Positions 6,790 to 14,192 of a DNA stretch of 24,000 nucleotides are shown here, piece by piece. The notes beneath the pieces were generated by a model that was not told where the DNA came from, did not search any database, and worked only from the letters and a program-made list of their open reading frames with translations. Position 1 is the first letter of the stretch, and each line of letters begins with the position of its first letter. The DNA comes from Tissierellaceae bacterium HCP3S3_D8 (lineage in GTDB: Bacteria; Bacillota; Clostridia; Tissierellales; Tissierellaceae), in the NCBI GenBank assembly GCA_052067355.1, contig JBQHQH010000015.1, positions 33,618-57,617 on the forward strand, read 5' to 3'. The position numbers and the translations under genes are program-made.

Positions 6790-7956
6790 TTGAGACCAGA
6801 AACAATGAAGGAAATTGAGGGCCTAAAAGGCATCAATTCCGTAAAAGTTAAAGAAGCCCATGAACGTGGCAAAAGAGTAGTAGGTATGTACTGCGTATTT
6901 TCACCTGCAGAAATAGCATTAGCTGCAGATGCAATCAATGTAACACTATGTGGAACTACCCACGAGCCTATAGAGGCTGCAGAAAGGGATTTGCCACGTA
7001 ATCTATGTCCATTGATTAAATCTAGTTATGGATTTGCTATTACAGATAAATGTCCATATTTCTATTTTTCAGACGTCCTATTAGCTGAAACTACTTGCGA
7101 TGGCAAGAAGAAGATGTATGAGTTAATGGGAAAATTAAAACCTATGCATGTCATGAATCTACCTCAAACTGCTGAAGGGGAAGATGCTCTAGAGATTTGG
7201 AAGAATGAAATGGTGAAATTCAAAGAATTCTTAGAAGAACAATTTGACGTAGAGATAACTGACGAAAAACTAAGAGATGCCATAAAGTTGATGAACAGAG
7301 AGAGAAAGGCAATGAGAAGATTACATAAATTAAATGCGCATAAGCCAGCTCCTCTTTTGGGAACAGATATGCTCTTAGCCCAGTGGTTAAAGGGGTTCAA
7401 TATAGACAAAGAAGCTGGAATCAATTTAGTAGAGAAACTAATAGACGAAGTAGAGGAACAGGTAGAAAAGGGAATATATGCCTTTGATGAAAGTGCTCCT
7501 AGGATATTACTTACAGGTTGTCCAACAGGTGTTGGAGGAGCAGATAAGGTTTTAATAGCCTTAGAAGAAGCGGGAGCGTCTGTTGTAGCTTTAGAAAATT
7601 GTACAGGCTATAAGGGATTAGACGTATTAGTAGATGAAGACAAAGATCCAATACTTGCATTGGCGGAAAAATATCTATCTACACCTTGCTCATGTATGAC
7701 TCCAAACAATAGTAGACTAGACTTAATAGAGAGATTAGCAAAAGAATATCAAGTAGATGGAGTAGTGGACTTGACTTGGCAAGCATGTCATACATATGCC
7801 ATAGAGTCATTTACAGTGAAAAAGTTCGTTCAAGAAGAATTGGGATTGCCATTTATCCAAATAGAGACAGACTATTCAGATTCAGATACAGGTCAGATAA
7901 AGACTAGGGTGGAAGCTTTCTTAGAGACTATAGACACAAGTAAAGCCTTAGCATAA
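6790..7956 (+). CDS. 2-hydroxyacyl-CoA dehydratase / benzoyl-CoA reductase family protein, single-subunit YjiM/double-cubane-cluster-protein (DCCP)-like
   Basis: Cys-containing motifs MYCVFSP, NLCPLIKS, ETTCDGKKKMYE, LTGCPTG, ENCTGYKG and WQACHTY match the HGD-D type family. It is followed directly by the cognate activator ATPase. The start is placed at TTG 6790 (RBS AAGAGGAG 6775-6782, 7-nt spacing); ATG 6805 is an alternative. Confidence 0.7.
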   Translation: MRPETMKEIEGLKGINSVKVKEAHERGKRVVGMYCVFSPAEIALAADAINVTLCGTTHEPIEAAERDLPRNLCPLIKSSYGFAITDKCPYFYFSDVLLAETTCDGKKKMYELMGKLKPMHVMNLPQTAEGEDALEIWKNEMVKFKEFLEEQFDVEITDEKLRDAIKLMNRERKAMRRLHKLNAHKPAPLLGTDMLLAQWLKGFNIDKEAGINLVEKLIDEVEEQVEKGIYAFDESAPRILLTGCPTGVGGADKVLIALEEAGASVVALENCTGYKGLDVLVDEDKDPILALAEKYLSTPCSCMTPNNSRLDLIERLAKEYQVDGVVDLTWQACHTYAIESFTVKKFVQEELGLPFIQIETDYSDSDTGQIKTRVEAFLETIDTSKALA

Positions 7957-7969
7957 TAGAGGAGATAAT

Positions 7970-8728
7970 ATGCACTATATAGGAATAGACATAGGATCTA
8001 CTGCAACTAAGGTATCCGTCTTTATGAAAGATGAATTGATCTGGAACTTTACTATGCCTACAGGATGGAGTAGTATAGAGGTATCTAAATCTATAGAAGA
8101 TGAGATAGAGTCTAATGGCATCAGTATTGAAAATTCTAAAGTAGTAGCTACAGGATATGGAAGAATCTCAGTACCCTATGCAGATAAATCCGTTACAGAG
8201 ATAACATGCCATGGAAAGGGAGTTCACTATCTATTGGGAGAAGATTCTACTGTAATAGATATAGGTGGACAAGATACCAAGATTATCACACTGAAAGACG
8301 GAAGGGTTACTAATTTTACTATGAACGACAAATGTGCTGCTGGTACGGGAAAGTTTATGGAATTGATGGCAAATACTCTAGGAGTATCTATAGATGAACT
8401 AGCTAAGATGGCTTTAGTAGGAGAAGACATCAGTATTACCAGTATGTGTACTGTATTTGCAGAATCAGAAGTAATAAGCCTTATAGGGGAAGGGAAGAAG
8501 AGAGAAGATATTGCTAGAGGGATTATCAACTCTATCATTGGAAGAGTGTATTCCATGTTACATAAACATGGAAGTAGCAATAGGATATATCTGACAGGTG
8601 GACTTTGTGAGGTAGAGCCATTTATAGAATTATTATCTCAAAGACTAGAAAGTGAGATAATGACAGATCCCCTAGCTAGATATGCAGGTTCTATAGGGGC
8701 CGCACTAGTAGCTAAGAGAATTGAATAG
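7970..8728 (+). CDS. (R)-2-hydroxyacyl-CoA dehydratase activator-type ATPase (HgdC/YjiL/BcrAD-BadFG family)
   Basis: N-terminal ASKHA phosphate-1 motif IGIDIGSTATKV, then DIGGQDTK and NDKCAAGTGKF (the cluster-binding Cys region typical of HgdC-like activases). 252 aa. Confidence 0.85.
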   Translation: MHYIGIDIGSTATKVSVFMKDELIWNFTMPTGWSSIEVSKSIEDEIESNGISIENSKVVATGYGRISVPYADKSVTEITCHGKGVHYLLGEDSTVIDIGGQDTKIITLKDGRVTNFTMNDKCAAGTGKFMELMANTLGVSIDELAKMALVGEDISITSMCTVFAESEVISLIGEGKKREDIARGIINSIIGRVYSMLHKHGSSNRIYLTGGLCEVEPFIELLSQRLESEIMTDPLARYAGSIGAALVAKRIE

Positions 8729-8733
8729 TAGAT

Positions 8734-8772
8734 AAAAAACTAGGTAAGATTAATTTTTACCTAGTTTTCTTT
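8734..8772. terminator. Bidirectional rho-independent terminator between convergent genes
   Basis: The stem CTAGGTAA (8740-8747) / TTACCTAG (8757-8764) has a 9-nt loop. It is flanked by A6 upstream and TTTTCTTT downstream. Confidence 0.75.
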
Positions 8773-8779
8773 ATATATA

Positions 8780-9406
8780 CTATTTTAAATTCCCCACAAT
8801 TTTAGTACCGTGAACTTCTCTTACTCCTGTCTTATTTACTATATCCATATAATTATCCTCGGTAACGCCTCCACCAGCTAATATAGTTATTCTATCATTG
8901 GAATAATTCACTAGTTCTTTCAAATTATCTAGATTATGGGTTGCACTTTGTGAACCACCTTTAGTTAGGACTCTATTTATTTTAAGCTCCACTAATCTAT
9001 CTAATGCAGACTTTTTATCCTCTATAGAATCAAATGCCATATGAAAGGTGAGCTTCATATCTCCTGCCTTATCTATAAGCCTCTTTATAGTAGGCTCATC
9101 TATTTTATTGTCAGCAGTCAAAGCACCTATGACTATTCCATCTACATTCATAGAATGACAGATTTCTACATCTTTTTCCATAATCCTAACTTCTTCTTCA
9201 TTGAAGACAAAGTTACCTCCTCTAGGACGTATTATTACAAATACAGGGATATTTAAGGATTTTTTAGACATCATAATAGTTCCTAGGCTAGGCGTAGTAC
9301 CTCCTTCTTCTAGATTATCACATAGTTCTATTCTGTCCGCACCTAAGTCGCAGGCTCTTTTAGCCTCTAAATAATTTCCTACACAAGCTTCTTTTAGTAT
9401 ACTCAT
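8780..9406 (-). CDS. cutC: CutC family protein (TIM-barrel; annotated as copper homeostasis, biochemical role unresolved)
   Basis: Motifs GADRIELC, EGGTTPSLG, IIRPRGGNF, TFHMAFD and RVLTKGG align with E. coli CutC. The start is moved to Met15 of the track ORF (ATG at 9406-9404), where AAGGAG lies 9 nt upstream. Confidence 0.8.
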   Translation of the reverse strand: MSILKEACVGNYLEAKRACDLGADRIELCDNLEEGGTTPSLGTIMMSKKSLNIPVFVIIRPRGGNFVFNEEEVRIMEKDVEICHSMNVDGIVIGALTADNKIDEPTIKRLIDKAGDMKLTFHMAFDSIEDKKSALDRLVELKINRVLTKGGSQSATHNLDNLKELVNYSNDRITILAGGGVTEDNYMDIVNKTGVREVHGTKIVGNLK

Positions 9407-9515
9407 TATCAATATCTCCTTTTCAATCTTAAATAAATTATACATCATGTGTATAATTATAAGTCATATATATATATTATCAAATATTAATTAGATTCTC
9501 GGATATAGATAGTCT

Positions 9516-9584
9516 CTGTACATAACTTACTTATCATTAGGGAAGTTATATGTAATAGATTTATAGAGGACTAAGATATATAAT
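9516..9584 (+). promoter_or_regulatory. Conserved 52-nt upstream block (copy A, 9516-9567) with weak -35 TAGATT (9556-9561) and -10 TATAAT (9579-9584)
   Basis: The block is 50/52 identical to 19804-19855 and 45/52 identical to 17022-17073. All three have the same 12-nt offset to the -10 and a 17-nt -35/-10 spacer. Confidence 0.7.
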
Positions 9585-9608
9585 TTGATTAGAAAGGATT
9601 GTATAATC

Positions 9609-11429
9609 GTGAATAAACGTCAAATAAGCTTATTGAAAAAACTAATAGTTCAAGAGGATTATCAACCCATAAAATATTTTTCTAAGGAACTTGATATATC
9701 TGGGAAAACGGTGTCTAAAGATCTTGATGAAATCGAAGATTCTATCTATTCCATAGGAGCTAGAGTAGATAGAAAACAAGGTATGGGGATAAAACTTTTT
9801 TATACTCCTTCCCAGTTAGATGACTTGAATAATATGCTAAATAATACAAATGTATTTGAGGGAGATAAGGGCTTAGAGCATAGGCGAATTCAGATTTTAT
9901 TGAGTTTACTTATGAATACAAATAGATATACTACAATTCAAAGACTATCGGATAAATATATAGTAAGCAGGACGTCTATCAATAATGATTTAAATGAGAT
10001 TCAGGAGAAACTAGATAAATATGGTTTAGAACTTTCACGAACTGTTAGGGGAACCAAGATATTAGGTAGTGAGATAAATATTAGGAAGGCTCTAGTCTCT
10101 ACAATTCAAGAGTATGGGAAATTTCATCCAGATTATATTGTAGAGTATCAGAATATTAGGCACAGAGAACTTAAAAACATGGGGAAGAATACTATCCTAG
10201 ATGAAAAATCCATTATATTCTTTGAAAATCTATTAAATAAATTGGAAAGTGATTTAAAACTTGTAATATATGAGCCATATTACACCAATCTATTGACTCA
10301 CTTAGTTATTATGACAAATAGGATAATAAGTGGAAATTGTATAGATGATCAATCTGAGGAAAATGATGTAATCTTGGTAACCAATAAAAAGCTATACCAT
10401 AGTGCTATATATCTAATAGATGAGATAGAGAAAAAATTTAACATCAAGATAAATACAGAGGAAATAATATATATCTATAAATATTTGACTTCTATAGGAC
10501 TTAGTTATGACGGAAATAGGGAGAAGGAGAGAGGGTGTAATCTGCCTCATGTCAAATTTACTAGAGATCTAATAGATATAGTATCTCAGATGTCAGATAT
10601 AGATTATAGTCTAAGGACTAATCTATATGACAGATTGTCATTGCATATAAAGCCTATGCTAAATAGAGCAAAGTATAATATTCAGATAAAGAATCCACTG
10701 TTAAAGGACTTTTTAGGAGAATTTCAAGAAGAGTTCTCTGTAGTAAAGTTAGCTTGCTTCTTAGTCTGCAATAGACATGAAGTAAATATGATAAGTGATC
10801 ATGAAGTCGCCTATATTTTATCCTACTTTATATCAGAAGGAGAGAGAAGTGTAGAAGACATCAAGATAAAGACAGTAGTCATCTGCCATAGTGGATATGG
10901 AACTAGTCAACTGTTGGCGACTAGATTGGAAAAGTCCTTTAGCAATATTGAGGTAGTGGATATTATTTCATCTAATTTTATTAACAATATAGACTTAAGC
11001 AAGATAGATCTAATAGTTTCAACTGTACCTTTGGATATAGAGGAGACATACTTTACGGTATCTGCTTTCTTAAATGAAATTGATAAGAAGAATATAGAAA
11101 ACCATATGGAGTCTATATTTAGAAATAGAAGGGCTCTATCCTTTCCAGAGGAAATAGAGAAGATACCAGTAGAGAGTATTGAAGGTAATAGGGATATAGA
11201 GGAATTTAATAGTGCTCTCAATAGGGATAATTTACTTCATATAAAAGATAATATCTATATATATCCAGTAGAGAATAGGAAGAATTTTACTAAAAAGACC
11301 ATAATAGAAGAGAAAGAATATAGGAAGTATATATATTCCATAGATTATTCCAGTTATAGATATCTATCTAAGACCCTAAGACAGATAATAAGAGAAAATA
11401 TAGGTGAGGAGAATCTAGATGAAGATTGA
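9609..11429 (+). CDS. PRD-domain transcriptional regulator, LicR/MtlR/ManR-like (HTH - Mga-like - PRD - PRD - EIIB(Gat)-like), lacking a fused EIIA domain
   Basis: The N-terminus has wHTH-like KRQISLLKKL...ELDISGKTVSKDLDEIE and a second HTH-like TIQRLSDKYIVSRTSINNDLNEIQ. The central region is PRD-like. An EIIB-like phospho-Cys motif VVICHSGYGTSQLLATRLE follows. The start could be GTG 9609 (RBS AGAAAGGA) or TTG 9585. Confidence 0.8.
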   Translation: MNKRQISLLKKLIVQEDYQPIKYFSKELDISGKTVSKDLDEIEDSIYSIGARVDRKQGMGIKLFYTPSQLDDLNNMLNNTNVFEGDKGLEHRRIQILLSLLMNTNRYTTIQRLSDKYIVSRTSINNDLNEIQEKLDKYGLELSRTVRGTKILGSEINIRKALVSTIQEYGKFHPDYIVEYQNIRHRELKNMGKNTILDEKSIIFFENLLNKLESDLKLVIYEPYYTNLLTHLVIMTNRIISGNCIDDQSEENDVILVTNKKLYHSAIYLIDEIEKKFNIKINTEEIIYIYKYLTSIGLSYDGNREKERGCNLPHVKFTRDLIDIVSQMSDIDYSLRTNLYDRLSLHIKPMLNRAKYNIQIKNPLLKDFLGEFQEEFSVVKLACFLVCNRHEVNMISDHEVAYILSYFISEGERSVEDIKIKTVVICHSGYGTSQLLATRLEKSFSNIEVVDIISSNFINNIDLSKIDLIVSTVPLDIEETYFTVSAFLNEIDKKNIENHMESIFRNRRALSFPEEIEKIPVESIEGNRDIEEFNSALNRDNLLHIKDNIYIYPVENRKNFTKKTIIEEKEYRKYIYSIDYSSYRYLSKTLRQIIRENIGEENLDED

Positions 11430-11901
11430 AAACATCCTTGATGTAGAAAATATATTTGTAAATGATACTTTAACATCTAAAGAAGAGGTTATTGATAGAT
11501 TGACAGAGAGCCTTGTAGTATCGAAAGTGGTTTTGGATAAAGAGAAGTTTATAGAGTCCATATATGATAGAGAGAGCAGAGCTTCTACATATGTAGGGGA
11601 ATATCTAGTTATTCCTCATGGAACTTGTAAGCATATAGCAAAGCCAGCAATTGCCATTGCTAAAGTAGATAGAGAATTTTCTTGGGGAGAAGTCTATGAA
11701 ACTGTAAAGTTAGTTATCCTGTTTGCCATCCCAGAAGATGGACAGTGGGAAGAGGAGTTAGAGATATTAAAGAGATTTGCCTCTTCACTGGGAGATTCGA
11801 AATTTATAAAAGAGCTTTTGGAGGCTGATACAGAGGGGGAATTATTTCAATCTGTATGTAAATATCTTAGAGAGAAGTGGGAGAGATACAATGAGAACTA
11901 A
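11419..11901 (+). CDS. Stand-alone PTS EIIA domain of the fructose/mannitol/Ntr type (PTS_EIIA_2)
   Basis: 160 aa with the phospho-His motif VIPHGTCKH and an overall EIIA_2 pattern (REsraSTyvGeylvIPHG...VkLVilFAiP). It overlaps the regulator stop by 11 nt (ATGAAGATTGA). Confidence 0.8.
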   Translation: MKIENILDVENIFVNDTLTSKEEVIDRLTESLVVSKVVLDKEKFIESIYDRESRASTYVGEYLVIPHGTCKHIAKPAIAIAKVDREFSWGEVYETVKLVILFAIPEDGQWEEELEILKRFASSLGDSKFIKELLEADTEGELFQSVCKYLREKWERYNEN

Positions 11902-12466
11902 AGATAAGGTTTCCCTATTACAATCTGAAAGAGTAAATATATTTAGAAGAGGAATTGCAGCAATATTTGATATCTATATATCATCAGTTTTGGCAAATAT
12001 ACCTATTTTGCTTATCTATAGTATAGAGACTGGTGAAACTAATATGACTAAGAATTTGTCTTCTCTATCTAAGCTAAATGGAGGTTTGGCGTGTATACTT
12101 GGGATTCTCATGGTCTTATTATATTATATAGTTCTTCCAGTATATAAGTTTCATGGTCAGACTTTAGCGAAGAGAATATTGGGCTTTAAGGTTGTAAAGA
12201 TGGATGGTGGAGATGTAGACTTAAACACCATGTTTAAAAGAGAGGTCATAGGTTCTATGATTGTAGAAGGTGGGTTTATAAGTAGTGGAAACTATTTAAG
12301 GCAACTCATACTCATAATTACAGGTTCTGATCTACTATATACATGGCTTTTATATATATCTTTTGGAACTACAATTTTATCTATAATCTGTATGGTATTT
12401 TCAAAAGAAAATAGGATGTTACATGATTATATTTCTGGAACTAAGATTTTAAGTTTAAATAGATGA
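11891..12466 (+). CDS. RDD-family integral membrane protein
   Basis: N-terminal RRGIAAIFDIYISS, central KRILGFKVV and C-terminal MLHDYISGTKI motifs, with 3-4 hydrophobic segments, match the RDD-domain pattern. It overlaps the upstream gene by 11 nt. Confidence 0.6.
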   Translation: MRTKDKVSLLQSERVNIFRRGIAAIFDIYISSVLANIPILLIYSIETGETNMTKNLSSLSKLNGGLACILGILMVLLYYIVLPVYKFHGQTLAKRILGFKVVKMDGGDVDLNTMFKREVIGSMIVEGGFISSGNYLRQLILIITGSDLLYTWLLYISFGTTILSIICMVFSKENRMLHDYISGTKILSLNR

Positions 12467-12493
12467 TATTTGAGACAGTAAATGGAGGTGAAC

Positions 12494-12820
12494 ATGATGA
12501 AGAAGATATATCTATTTTGTGATCAAGGTATGAGCACAAGTATGTTGGCTAAGAAGATGCAGGATATTGGAGACAAACACAATTTACCTTTAGAAGTAAA
12601 GGCCTTTTCTATTAAGATATTGGAAAAGATATTAGAAGAAAAACATCCTGACTGTGTATTATTAGGACCTCAAGTTAGACATCTACTTGAAGATACTAAG
12701 AAGAGAGTAGAGAGCTATGATGTGCCAGTTGGAGTTGTTGACTCTGTTGATTATGGGATGATGGATGGAGAGAAAGTCCTAAAAAAAGCAATACTATTGA
12801 TGAAAAATTATAAAAAGTAG
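12494..12820 (+). CDS. PTS EIIB component, lactose/cellobiose/chitobiose family (copy 1)
   Basis: KIYLFCDQGMSTSMLAKKM carries the phospho-Cys loop of Lac/Cel-family EIIB. About 108 aa. RBS GGAGG lies at 12484-12488, so the track start at 12482 contains the RBS; ATG 12494 or 12497 is preferred. Confidence 0.9.
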   Translation: MMKKIYLFCDQGMSTSMLAKKMQDIGDKHNLPLEVKAFSIKILEKILEEKHPDCVLLGPQVRHLLEDTKKRVESYDVPVGVVDSVDYGMMDGEKVLKKAILLMKNYKK

Positions 12821-12831
12821 GAGTGGTAATA

Positions 12832-14172
12832 GTGCTTAAAAAACTAGAAAAGATTTTGATGCCTATGGCAGATAAATTGGGAAGGAATAAGGTCCTAGTT
12901 GCGATTCGTGACGGATTTTTAATATCAACTCCACTATTAATCGTAGGGTCTATCTTTTTATTGATAGCCAATTTTCCAATAACAGGTTGGTCTGAATTTT
13001 GGACACAATATCTAGGAGAAGGTTGGGAGATGTGGTTTATAAATGTATCTAGAGCGACATTTAGTGTCATTGCTCTATTGACCTGTATAGGGACAGGATA
13101 TGCTTATTCTAGAGAGATAAAGGGAGATAAGATTCAAGGTGCAGTAGTGGCATTTGTTTCATTTTTAATCTTGATGCCCACTATGATTCCATATGAAGGA
13201 GTTGAGGGGACAGGTAATGTAAGTGCATTAGGTTTTGAATATGTTGGATCAAATGGAATATTTTTGGCATTAGTAGTATCTATATTGTCAGTATCCATAT
13301 TCGATTGGGCTTATAAAAAGGGATGGACAATAAAGATGCCTAGTGGAGTTCCACCAGCAGTAGCAGACTCTTTTGCAGCTTTGATTCCAAGTGCAATAGT
13401 AATGTTTGTATTCTTCTTAACTAGAATTGTATTTGAATTTACACCATTTGAGACGGCTCACAATTTTATATATAAAGTATTACAAACTCCGCTACAAGGA
13501 GTGGGAAATACTTTAGGAGCACAGGTTGTCTATGGAGTAGCATCTACACTTTTCTGGTTCTTTGGGATAAATGGACCGGCAGTTACAAACGCAGTATTTG
13601 GACCAATAACCAAGATATTGACAATAGAAAATTTAGAGGCATTTCAAGCAGGATTGCCATTGCCTAATATATTTACTGATCCATTTTCCAACTTCTTTAC
13701 TGGATTTGGTGGTGGAGGAAGTACACTTTCACTAGTTATAGTTATGATATTATTTTGTAAATCCAAGAGAATTACTCAATTAGGTAAACTATCTATTGTA
13801 CCAGGTATCTTTGGAATCAACGAGCCTATAATATTTGGTCTACCAATAGTATTAAATCCTATATTGATAATTCCATTTATAGGGGTTCCTACAATGAATG
13901 TAATCCTATCTACTATAGCAACTAGAGCTGGGATTATACCGTACACTACTGGAGTAGCGTTGCCATGGACTACCCCAATAGGATTCTCAGGATATCTATC
14001 TACAGGAAGTCTATTTGCATCATTATGGCAGATAGGACTATTGATACTTGGATGTATATTCTATTATCCATTTATAAAAATATTGGATAAACAATATCTA
14101 AGGGAAGAAAGAGAAGCAGAGGATAATGAATCTGATATAGATGACATTTCTTTTGACGATCTATCTTTCTAA
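12832..14172 (+). CDS. PTS EIIC permease, lactose/cellobiose/chitobiose family (copy 1)
   Basis: About 446 aa and polytopic. Motifs AIRDGF, FWFFGINGP, FGGGGSTL and GINEPIIFGLPIVLNP are typical of ChbC/CelB/LicC-type EIIC. GTG 12832 is preferred (AGGAG at 12819-12823) and aligns with the Met start of copy 2. Confidence 0.9.
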   Translation: MLKKLEKILMPMADKLGRNKVLVAIRDGFLISTPLLIVGSIFLLIANFPITGWSEFWTQYLGEGWEMWFINVSRATFSVIALLTCIGTGYAYSREIKGDKIQGAVVAFVSFLILMPTMIPYEGVEGTGNVSALGFEYVGSNGIFLALVVSILSVSIFDWAYKKGWTIKMPSGVPPAVADSFAALIPSAIVMFVFFLTRIVFEFTPFETAHNFIYKVLQTPLQGVGNTLGAQVVYGVASTLFWFFGINGPAVTNAVFGPITKILTIENLEAFQAGLPLPNIFTDPFSNFFTGFGGGGSTLSLVIVMILFCKSKRITQLGKLSIVPGIFGINEPIIFGLPIVLNPILIIPFIGVPTMNVILSTIATRAGIIPYTTGVALPWTTPIGFSGYLSTGSLFASLWQIGLLILGCIFYYPFIKILDKQYLREEREAEDNESDIDDISFDDLSF

Positions 14173-14192
14173 TGAATTTAGGGGGTAAGACA

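Noticed and set aside
8734-8772. Similarity of the terminators at 8734-8772 and 21676-21709 (both AAAA-ACTAGGTAA...TTACCTAG-TTTT) as a dispersed repeat or mobile element
   Set aside because: The shared part is only the 7-8 bp stem and the flanking A/T tracts. The loops differ and there is no extended flanking homology. This is most simply convergent or incidental terminator similarity.
12696-13070. Paired antisense ORFs 12696..13070 and 20272..20586, which resemble each other
   Set aside because: Their similarity only reflects the duplication of the EIIB-EIIC junction on the + strand. It is not independent evidence for coding.
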